Shown: one piece after another, positions 11,978-22,032 of the stretch
How the letters are laid out: every line of letters begins with the position of its first letter
Position numbering within the stretch: the first letter of the stretch is position 1
Source of the DNA: Malacoraja senta
Lineage: Eukaryota
Length of the DNA stretch: 64,000 nt
Direction: 5' to 3'
Assembly: GCA_038087875.1 (NCBI GenBank)
Contig: JAXLNO010005151.1
Coordinates: 124,001-188,000 of the forward strand
Translations under genes and position numbers: made by a program
The notes under the pieces: model-generated
Told to the model about the DNA's origin: nothing
Database searches by the model: none
Seen by the model: only the letters and a program-made list of their open reading frames with translations

Positions 11978-12029
11978 ATGCTTCTTTTTACCTTACTGAA
12001 CACTTACGGTGTGGCCACTGTCTCCTCTG
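11978..12029 (+). CDS. MHC class I-like exon 1 (leader peptide MLLFTLLNTYGVATVSS)
   Basis: ATG at 11978, 17 codons plus 1 nt, donor G|GTAAGC at 12030; the phase-1 join gives ...VSS-DLHHL. Confidence 0.75.
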
Positions 12030-12332
12030 GTAAGCAATACTGCTTCAACCTGTGAACTTTGAGGAAACAACAAAACTGATTATATTTACTGTTGCACAGT
12101 GCCTGTGTTTGCCCTGGGTTCATTGTCTTGGATGTATTAATTGAATGATTGAATTGAATGTATTAATAATTTTGGGTAACGGTCTTTCCTTAGTTGTAAA
12201 GGCTCCTGTGGGAAGTTATATATACTATGGTTACCTTGGCAATCCATTGAACAGAAGAACTGAATACATGTAAATAATGAACATAGAACATAGTACAATA
12301 CAGCACAGGAGCAGGTCCTTCAGTCCTTCAGT

Positions 12333-12360
12333 CTGAAGAAGGGTCTCGACCCGAAACGTC
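12333..12360 (+). ncRNA. Minimal type I hammerhead-ribozyme motif of Penelope-like element type (best-preserved copy)
   Basis: CTGAAGA-A-GGGT(CTCG)ACCC-GAAAC-GTC: CUGANGA and GAAA core boxes, 4-bp stem II, palindromic ACGT in place of stem III, GUC triplet. Stem I is only about 2 bp. Confidence 0.6.
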
Positions 12361-15300
12361 ACCCGTTCCTTTTCTCCAGAGATGCTGCCTGACCCGCTGT
12401 TACCTCAGCATTTTGTCTACCTTCGGCCCACAATGTCTGTGCCGAACAAACTAAACTAATCTCCTCTACCTGTATGTGATCTGTATCCGGCCATTCCCTG
12501 CCTATCTATGTACCTATCTAAAAGCCTCTGAAATGTAACTGTTATATCTGCCACCATCACCACAACCACCACTGGCAGCGCGTTACAGATGTCCACCACC
12601 CTCCACATAAAACAACTTGCTCCGCTCATCTCCTTTGAACATTGCCTCTCCAACCTTAAAGTGATGTTCTCTGGTCTTCAACATTTCCACCCTGGGAAAA
12701 AGGTTCTGGCTGTCCACTCTGTCTGTGCCTCTCACCATGTTGTGCACTTTCATCAGGTCTCCCTTCAACCTCCAGTATACAAGAGAAAACAATCCATGTT
12801 TGTCCAATCTGTCCTTGCACTAATGCCTCAGACAGAATTCAGGTGATGTGCACTTTCAATAAAGAAGTGACTTCTGCATTAGTAGGTGTTCCACCTCTCC
12901 AAGATTTCCTCAGCTGGTGTTAGACACCCACATGATGGTAAAATTCAGCCTGCATTAAATGACCAATCAATGTTGTGTTAATGTTTTTGCCATCTTGTTG
13001 TTTGTTGCATGCTTCCTGTCCTGCAGACCCTATCCATTACCCCATCACCACTTCCCCAGAAGACGATAATGAGATTTAAGAAGCTTGAGGATAGGCACGT
13101 GGATATGCAGGGAATTGAGGGATATGAATCATCTACAAGCATGAAGAGTTTAGTTGAACTTGACATCATGTTCGGCACAGACATTGTGGCCGAACTCCAG
13201 CCCATTACACCCTTAATGAACAAAAATCTATCAATCTCAATCTGGAAATTTTCAAGTGGGCAACATATTCAACAGATTACAGAATCGAGAACCAGAGGAC
13301 ATAGGTTTACATTGAGGGGGGAAATATTGAATGGGAATCTGATGAGCAATTTCTTCCCACACAATGGTACCTTTCTAACTATTCTGACATTCATCAAGGC
13401 TTGGAGATTACAAACCTACTCGTCCTGAAAGTTTCATCCCATTGTTATCAAATGAAAGTAAATATAATGGTGTTAAAGAAGGAACTGCAGATGCTGGAAA
13501 ATCGAAGGTACACAAAAATGCTGGAGAAAGTCAGCGGGTGCAGCAGCATCTATGGAGCGAAGGAAATAGGCAACGTTTCGGGCCGAAACCATATAATGGT
13601 GATGGCCATGTTGAAATAATAACATATAAAACAAAAATCCTCGGCTGTGGAGTGTTTTGGGAAGCCACATGGATTTTATCGTTACTGTATTCCACTCTTA
13701 GCCGTCTTATGTTTCTCCTGGTAACACTGAAACAGACACTTCTAACTCTGCCCTCGGGGCCCCTTCTCACTTCACTTAAACACATGAACTTTGACACTGT
13801 CTGGTGTGCTGCATGTAATCTTTATCACAGAACAAATACTGCTTATGCATGTGGAAACAAGAAACTGCACATGCTGGTTAATACACATAAAATACTGGAG
13901 TAATTCAGCAGGTCAGGCAGTATGTCTGGAGAACATGGTTAGGTGATGTTTCAGTTGACACAAGTGTAGGAAGGAAGTGCAGATGTGTAAGAAGGAACTG
14001 CAGAAGCTGATTTAAACCGAAGATAGACAATAAAGCTGGAGTAACTCAGCGGCACAGGCAGCATCCCTAGAGAGAAGGTATGGGTGACGTTTCGGGTCGA
14101 GACCCTTCTTCTGACTGCTGATGCAGATGCTGGTTTACACCGAAGATAGCTACAAAAGGCTGGAGTAACTCAGCAAGTCAGGCAGCATCGCTGGAGAAAA
14201 GGAATAGGTGGAGTTTCAGGTCAAGACACTGCATCAGACAGAGTCGGGGGTGCATATATTTCATTGTACTTTGTCATATCTCTCGGTTCTCTGTCCCCTG
14301 ACTCTCATTCTGAAGAAGGGTCTCGACACGAAACGTCACCTTTTCCTTTTCTCCGGAGATGCTGCCTGACCCACTGAGTTACTCCAGTATTTTGTGTCGA
14401 GTTTCAATTTAGGCCCTGTTTATCTCAGTCTCCACCACCCCCCCCCCCCCCATCTCTATGAGCTGTGTTGCAGCTGCCTATGAGGACCTGGACTCAATCC
14501 TGATCTCTTACAACCTGGCTTTTTTTTCCCCCTGCAAACGTGTGTTTGCTATGGTTATTCCAGTTTCCCCGCACGTCCCCAAAATGCCGGGCTGAAAGGT
14601 AAATTGGCCAGTGTGAATTGGTCATGCATATGTATTAGAATTGGTGGAGGGGATGAGGGAGGTGTTAATGGGAGATTGGCAAATATTAAAAGGGTTAGCG
14701 TACCACAGGTATAAATAGGTGTTTGATGGTCACCACGAACTTGGTGGGCTAAAGGGCCTTTTATGTGCTGTACCCAGTGAACATAAGTTTAAGATGAGGG
14801 GGGAATGATTTAATAGGAACCTGAGGCATAGCATTGTTACACAAAGGGTGGTGGGTGTACTGAATGAACTGCCGGAGAAGGTAGTTCAGGCGCGTACTGT
14901 CACGACATTTAAGAATCATTTAATCAGGTACATGGATAGGATAGGCTTATAAGGATATGGGCCTCAGTCAGCTGTAGAGCCCACATCAATGGATATTTCT
15001 CAGGTGGAGATTAACAGATTCTTGATCAGTATGGGTTTCAAGGGTTATGGGGTGCAGGCAGGAGAATGTGGTTGATAGGGAGAGATAGCTCAGCCATGAT
15101 TGAATGGCCGATGGGCTGAATGGCCTAATTATTCTCCTAGAACTTATGTACTGATGAAATACAGGTAGTGTAGATGAGGCATGTTGGTTGGTGTGGCAAG
15201 TTGAGCCATAGGCCCTGATTCCCTGCTGTATGACTCTTTGACTTTACCTCTCTATGATTCTATAAAGTCTCCTTGACATTGTCGTTTCTTAATATAATAA

Positions 15301-15961
15301 AATATTCTTCAAATTTTGGAATATTGTAACTAGTAGAACCTATCGACATGATAGACAATAATAGATCTTTGAAGATGGGAAACAATCCAGTAGGATCATT
15401 CAATACCTCGACCATAATTGGTGGAGTAGGTATCAGAGCCCATCATGCCAACTCTTGAAGAAGGCTCAGTGGTGCAGCGGTAGACTTACTCGATTACAGC
15501 ACCATAGACCCAGGTTGGATCCTGATTACGGATGCTGTCTGTACGGAGTTTGTCCATTCTCCCCATTACCGTGTGGGTTTTTCCCGAGATGTTCGGATTC
15601 TTCCCACATTCCAAAGACGTATAGGTTTGTAGGTTAATTGGCTTGGTCTAGAATGTAAATTGTCCCTAGTGTGTGTAGGATAGTGTTATTGTGTGGGGGT
15701 TGCTGGTCAGTGTGGACTCGCACGAAGGGCCTGTTTCCATGCTGTATCTCTAAGCTAAAAACTAAACTAAAGGCTCCTGACCCAAATTGTCACCTGATCA
15801 TTGATGCTGCCTGCCCCACTGAGTTCATCCAGCACTTGCATCTGCAGGTCCTTGTGACTCCCTTATTCAAAGTTATTGTATTGTTATCAGTTTTAGCATT
15901 AATAACTTAGTTATTTTCAGTGAATGATACAATCATACTTATTTTTGTTTATGCATTGCAG

Positions 15962-16222
15962 ATTTACACCATCTTGCATTTTACTACCTGTTGAACCATG
16001 GATTGAATGAGCTGCCTGAGTACAGTATGGTAGCAATGCTGGATGACGTCCAGATAGCATATTTTGACAGCACACTAGAGCGGGCTGTTCCCAGACAGCG
16101 ATGGATGGCCCAGTCTTTCCCGCATGATCACTGGGATTCAATGGCCATCACAGTTGCAGGTTTTCATGGGATTGTCAGAGGAAATGCTGAGATAGTCTAC
16201 CAACAGCAACATGGTATCTCGA
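15962..16222 (+). CDS. MHC class I-like exon 2 (alpha1 domain)
   Basis: Acceptor TTGCAG at 15956-15961, donor GTAAGT at 16223. Reads (D)LHHLAFYYLLNHGLNELPEYSMVAMLDDVQIAYFDSTLERAVPRQRWMAQSFPHDHWDSMAITVAGFHGIVRGNAEIVYQQQHGIS, matching the class I H3, LDD, FDS, PR..W and WD pattern. Confidence 0.92.
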
Positions 16223-17997
16223 GTAAGTGTCGTGAGCGGACCTGGGGTAGACACTCAGTGATGACACAGATGGATTTTGTTTTAGTTTTATTGTTGACAC
16301 ATGATTCTCTGATACACTTTTTTTGCGTTAGTCAATCACATCAAAGAAAACTATTCATAAATACAATCAAACCAAACTCGTACAATAGGTAGAGCAAAGA
16401 GTGCAGAATGTAGTTCTCAGCATTGTAATGTACCAGTGCCAGAGACAAAGTCCAGTGTCTACAATGGGGTTGAGGTGAACCCTAGCATAAGGGAGGACTG
16501 TTCAGAAACCTGATAACATAGGGGAGGAAACAGTTACTGAGTCTGGTGGTGCACGCTTTAATGCTTACGTACCTTCTGCAGGAAGAAGGAGTGACCAGAA
16601 CGGGACAAATCTTTGATTATGTTGTCTGCTTTCCTGAACCAGTTGAAATACAGATGGATTCACTGGTGGGGAATCATGTTTGTGTGATCGACTGTGCTAC
16701 ATCTCCACCTCTCTGCAATTTCCAGCGGTCTTGGGCAGAACTCTTTCCAAACTAAGTTGTGATGCAACCTGTCAGTATGCTTTCTATGGCACATTTGTAG
16801 AAGTTTGTAAGAGTCATTGGAGATGCCGCATTTCCTTAGTCTCCTGAGGCAGTAGGGGAACCAGAAACTCTCAACCTTTTTCACTTCAGCACCATTGATG
16901 CTGTTTCAGACATTTACTCCATAACATTTTGATAGAGACACGGCCCATCGTCTATATTTAATGTGTCCTAACTGCTGAACACACAGTCATAACAGTTGGC
17001 TGGTGATAGTCTCTTTATGGGTTAAGCATTTGATATTCAACACCAGTAATAAGTGGATGGATTGGATCATCTGTTTTGTTGGGCTGGAATGAGGGAGAAA
17101 CCATTAGTTTATTTATAGCCTGATCATCTAGAGATGGGATCTTGATTTAAGCTGGTTGATGGTGACTATGAGGTATTCCCTCAGTAATAATATTGTGTTA
17201 ATCCAGCATCCCCTCAATATTGGCAACAATCCTCAGAGGGTGTAGCAATCCCACACAGTGCAACAGCCTTGATGTACTTCCCATCTGCATTGCCTTAACC
17301 TTCAGACTGACCTGTTGGCTCTGTAGCATTGCCCATCTGACAATGCACTTCTTCCTCTGTTCTTTATGTACGACAGTGCAGAATCTGAGTTCCACCCTTC
17401 TGACACAGCAGAACTCCTTTAGTGTTACATCCGCAACAGTAAAGCTCCCCCCATAACACTTGAGGTTAGTCCATGCCCTCAGTATATAGACCATGGGTCA
17501 TTGAGTCACACAGCATGGAAACCGGCCCTTCTGCTCACTGAATCCACATTGATCATCCATTGTGCTAAGATGGAGTCACAGCAAACTGCAGATGCTGCCA
17601 ATCTGAATTTAAAACAAACAGGAGGAACTCAACGAGTCAGGCAGCATGCTGTGGAAAAATGGACAGAAAACATATGAGACCAGTGTAGCGGCACCAAACG
17701 TGGTGAATAAAGAGGAGACCTGTCAGGCCGGTTCAAACAGTTGTTTATTCAAGGGTCGACACGTTAGGTTGGTGCGCTAACTATTATTAATGTTGTTGCT
17801 GAAGCTGAGCGAGGTTGTTCCCTCGGGCTCAGCTACCGGTTGAAGACCTGGTGGTCTCGAGGTGAGATGACCTTATGTACCAGGACACTCCCTCTAGCCC
17901 ATGACGTCACGTGCCCGCCCTCGTACTTCCTGACGAGGGTTCGAGCATAAGTGGCCCGTGTATAGGCTGCCGCCACAGGACCCCCCCCAGAACCAGA

Positions 17998-18309
17998 GGA
18001 AGGAATAGCATAGTCGAGGGCGGCTTCTGCATGTGGGTCTGGGACACCCCGGGCGTGGGTCGGGACGGAGGGCCCACGGGCGCAGTAACGCTCTGCGTGG
18101 GCGATCCCGAGGTACCGAGGGGTGCGAGGGGACCGATGCAGAAACCGCCGGACGGAAGGAATAGCATGGTCGAGGGCGGCTACTGCATGTGGGTCTGGGA
18201 CACCCCGGGCGTGGGTCGGGACGGAGGGCCCACGGGCGCAGTAACGCTCTGCGTGGGCGATCCCGAGGTACCGAGGGGTGCGAGGGGACCGATGCAGTAA
18301 CCGCCGGAC
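17998..18309. repeat. 2 x 156-bp tandem duplication inside the LTR element
   Basis: GGAAGGAATAGCAT at 17998 and 18154; GACCGATGCA at 18131 and 18287. Confidence 0.9.
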
Positions 18310-18650
18310 AGAAGAGACACAGTCGCATCTCCTCGACCAGCTAAGGGAGAGTGTCCTGTAAAATGCGGCCCCCATGAATGGCTGGGAGACGTCGTCATCT
18401 TTGAGGGAAAACAAAACCCGAAATAAAATAAACAAACTAATTGCTGAACTCAGCGTGGTGCGTGGTGATGCAGTGAACACAAAATGAACAGAAAAAAAAC
18501 CCCCCACAAATTACAGTGCAATCAGTGCAAGTTCAAATTGTCCAATGTTCATAGTGCAGGATTTGAAAGCTGTGCAGCGTTGCAGTGACAGCCTCCGACC
18601 TGACAGTGGCGCTGTTGCCGGTAGTCAGGATGCAGGGACGACATCCAGCT

Positions 18651-18779
18651 GGAAGGTGGCGCTGTGGACGGCGGTGAGGCTGCAGTGACGGCATCCGGGC
18701 GGAAGGTGGCGCTGTGGATGGCGGTGAGGCTGCAGTGACGGCATCCGGGCGGAAGGTGGCGCTGTGGATGGCGGTCAGG
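18651..18779. repeat. About 2.5 x 50-bp GC-rich tandem repeat inside the LTR element
   Basis: GGAAGGTGGCGCTGTGGA at 18651, 18701 and 18751. Confidence 0.85.
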
Positions 18780-20205
18780 TGAGTTCGCTTTTCTCAGCGG
18801 CCATTTTAGTTGTAGTTTGTTCGGCCGCTTGTTCGGGAGGCCGCGGCGGCCATTTTGCCGGCCGGCTGAGGCGGCCTTCACCAGCAATTGAATCCCTGGG
18901 CCGGACAGGCAGACAGCCAGCGCCCAGGGATCTTCGGAGTCCACGCCGGTGAGGAGAAAAAGGCCGACTTCGGCAGGCGCCCCAGGTAAGACCGCCCTAT
19001 CGGGTGGCCAGGCCCTCGGCAGCGGCCGGCGGGGCCAGGTGCGGTGCAGGACGTGGAGCCGTTGCTGCGGTGAGGCCCTTTGCAGTGCTGGGTCCGCGAT
19101 GAGGTGAGGCCGGGGCACGGCCTGGAGCGGAGAGGCCCGGTGCAGTGCAGGGCCTGGAGCCATGTTCGCGGTGTGAGGCCGGGCCCTGGTCCGTTGTCGG
19201 GAGTGGGAGAGCGGCAGGTACTCTCTCCGCTCCAGGGGCCGTCGGGTTTGCTGTGGGCAGGAGGCTGCTACGCTCGCAGCTCCTGCAGCAGCTGGTGGGG
19301 CAACGGGGGCAGGTAAAACCTCTCCACTGCGGTAGTCGGCTCCGGGCAGGTCATGCGGGGGAGCTCGGTGGCCGTCACACAAGGCGGCCTGCCCCGTTGC
19401 CGGGAGCGGGAGAGCGGCGGCAGCCGTGGCTTCTTAGCTCCGGTGAGCAGCAGCTGGTGGGGAAGCGGCGGCATCCCAGATGTAGCGGCATACATTACCG
19501 CAGGGCCGGGTTGGCGGCAGCGTAGTTCTGCAGGGCTGGGCAGTCGGCTGCAGACATCAGGTCTCCCGAGGCTGCGAGCTTCAGGAGAAATCCAAATTTC
19601 AATTTGGACAGTCGGGGGTCACCAGTGTAGCGGCACCAAACGTGGTGAATAAAGAGGAGACCTGTCAGGCCGGTTCAAACAGTTGTTTATTCAAGGGTCG
19701 ACACGTTAGGTTGGTGCGCTAACTATTATTAATGTTGTTGCTGAAGCTGAGCGAGGTTGTTCCCTCGGGCTCAGCTACCGGTTGAACACCTGGTGGTATC
19801 GAGGTGAGATGACCTTATGTACCAGGACACTCCCTCTAGCCCATGACGTCACGTGCCCGCCCTCATACTTCCTGACGAGGGTTCGAGCATAAGTGGCCCG
19901 TGTATAGGCTGCCGCCACACCAGGACCATTTAGAGTGATGGGGTAGAGTGGAGAAAGCTGGAAAAGAAAAGTAGTCTGTGTAGGATAGTGTTAATATGCG
20001 GGGACCACTGGTCGGTGCGGACTCGGTGGGCCGAAGGGCCTGTTTCCGCGCTGTATCTCTGAGCTAAACCTGCTCCTGTGCTGTACAGCTCCATGTTGTG
20101 TTCTGTTATGCCTGTTTGTACCATGCTGAGAACTGATTTGTAAATTGCCTCTCCCTTCCATCCACTCTCCCCAACACAAATCCTCCACCCCTACCTCAGC
20201 CCCAG

Positions 20206-20480
20206 CTGTTTGCTTTGTGCAGGGTTTCTGCGGCTGTGAAGTGGACAGTGACAATTCCACTGATGGGTTTGTCAGACTGGGTTATGATGGGGAGGATGCC
20301 TGTGCTTTTGACAAGGACAGAATGCGCTGGATTGCACTACGTCCAGATTTCCAGATGCTAGCAGATCGGTGGAACGTCAACACCTTCATGACAAGTATTT
20401 TAAAGATCTCCTGGAGAAGGACTGTGTGAAGTGGCTGCGGATATATCTGGAGTGTGGACAAGAAGCACTACAGAGGAGAG
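20206..20480 (+). CDS. MHC class I-like exon 3 (alpha2 domain), one nucleotide short with a frameshift near 20391
   Basis: Acceptor CCCCAG| (an in-frame alternative exists at 20200), donor AG|GTACAC at 20481. Reads (T)VCFVQGFCGCEVDSDNSTDGFVRLGYDGEDACAFDKDRMRWIALRPDFQMLADRWNVNTFM, then in the shifted frame KYFKDLLEKDCVKWLRIYLECGQEALQRR. Confidence 0.92.
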
Positions 20481-21248
20481 GTACACGACGTAGGCACTCT
20501 GACTGATGGGCCAGAGGATATCCTCTGGATAGATCAGGTGGGAAATATCATGCACTTCAGGCTGTCACTTGAGTAATTATTTAGTTTAGTTTAGAGATAC
20601 AGCGCGGAAACCCACCGAGACCGCACCGAGCAGCCATGCCCGCACACTAACACTATCCTACACACACTAGGGACAATTTGCATTTATACCAATCCAATTA
20701 ACCTACAAATTTGTACGTCTTTCGAGTGTGAGGGGAAACCGAAGATCTCGGATAAAACCCACGCAGGTCACAGGGAGAACGTACAAACTCTGTAAAGACA
20801 AGCACCCGTAGTTAGTAACAAACCCAGGTCTCTGGCGCTGTAAGGCAGTAGCTCGATCGCTTCGCCACCCTGTTCTACAACGTGGGTATCAGTAAATTGT
20901 CTGGCAACGTGCCTCTTAGATGGAACCAGTGGGTAGGAAGTGCAAGTGAAAGATAAATATTGTACCAGTGTCCTTTATCCACAGTCATATAGATATTCAG
21001 GAAATGGAGGAATATGTATCTTGGTCTTATGTTTAGCACCGACCTTGTGGCCTGAAGGGTCTGTTGCTGAACTGATCAGAAACCCAATCAGATTCTCTAT
21101 TTGCCTCTATTACTCCTTGGGATGGTGACATTCAATTTCCAACAGTTCTCTATTTGAAGAACTTCTTCCTCCCATTCCCTCTTGGAATATTTAGTGTTAT
21201 TATTCAGCAGAGATTCATGAACAGGTAGAAGCAATCATGTCTACAGTA

Positions 21249-21398
21249 TCAATCCCAATGGTGAGTTATACTCCTCCATTGGGCCTGCATTCCCCTTTCA
21301 TCTGTGCTGTCATTTAAAGCCTGTCAATCCCAATGGTGAGTTATACTCCTCCATTGGGCCTGCATTCCCCTTTCATCTGTGCTGTCATTTAAAGCCTG
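21249..21398. repeat. Perfect 2 x 75-bp tandem duplication in class I intron 3
   Basis: TCAATCCCAATGGTGAG...AAAGCCTG at 21249-21323 and 21324-21398. Confidence 0.9.
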
Positions 21399-21759
21399 GA
21401 GCTAAGATAAGGAGCATGTCAGTGATATTAAAGCTAAATGTTTTGTTGTTTTGCCAGAAATGCAAAATGAAAAGAGAAAAGGCTGTAAACTTTGTGCAAG
21501 ATAGAACTGCAGATGATGGTTTACACTGAAGATAGAAGATGTTGGTGTAACTCAGTGGGTCAGATAGCATCTCTGGGCATTCCTTCTCTCCAGAATGCTG
21601 CCTGACCTGCTGAGTTATTCCAGCATTTTGGGTCTAGACTGAAAACTTAGTTCAGCCAGAGAAAAAACTCTGATTGGGAAAGTGGTGAGTTGCAGTGATC
21701 TTACAATTGAAGGCTTTTGTTCATGTCTTCACTGATTCTGACTCTTCTTACACTTGCAG

Positions 21760-22032
21760 AAACCCCTGAGGTGTTTATTGGGATTAAACGTGATGGGTCG
21801 CAATCACTGAGACTCTCCTGCCTTGTCACAGGCTTCTAGCCACGGGCCATCGATGTAACGTGGCTGAGAGATGGTGAGGGGGTCCATGAGTCTGAATCCA
21901 GTGATCTGTTGCCCAATTGGGATGGGACTTACCAGCTGAAGAATACAATTCAACTGAATAGAGAAGATGTGGCAAAATTCTCCTGTTACATCGAACATGC
22001 AACTCTGCTGCAGGGAGTCAATGTTCCACAGG
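21760..22032 (+). CDS. MHC class I-like exon 4 (alpha3 Ig-C1 domain) with in-frame TAG at 21837-21839
   Basis: Acceptor TTGCAG|, donor G|GTAAGT at 22033. Reads (E)TPEVFIGIKRDGSQSLRLSCLVTGF*PRAIDVTWLRDGEGVHESESSDLLPNWDGTYQLKNTIQLNREDVAKFSCYIEHATLLQGVNVPQ. Missed by the ORF track because of the stop. Confidence 0.93.

Larger units (their letters stand above)
17684..19919 (-). mobile_element. Young non-autonomous LTR retroelement (Gypsy-like by inference), 2236 bp, in intron 2 of the class I gene
   Basis: 294-bp LTRs at 17684-17977 and 19626-19919 (TGT...ACA, 3 differences by eye); 4-bp TSD CCAG at 17680-17683 and 19920-19923; PBS TGGTGACCCCCGAC (minus, 19611-19624); G8 PPT (17981-17988); no RT, RNase H or integrase motifs seen internally. 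Confidence 0.9.

Noticed and set aside
13442-13903. 153-aa ORF as a host gene
   Set aside because: The first part lies in a Penelope-terminus repeat; no recognisable domain or convincing splice signals.
16223-16392. C-terminal part of ORF 15991-16392
   Set aside because: Read-through past the GTAAGT donor into intron; class I similarity ends at 16222.
17833-19652. Many overlapping GC-rich ORFs (e.g. 18549-19382, 277 aa) as real proteins
   Set aside because: Stop-poor GC-rich and tandem-repeat sequence is open in several frames on both strands; no gag, pol or env motifs were recognised.
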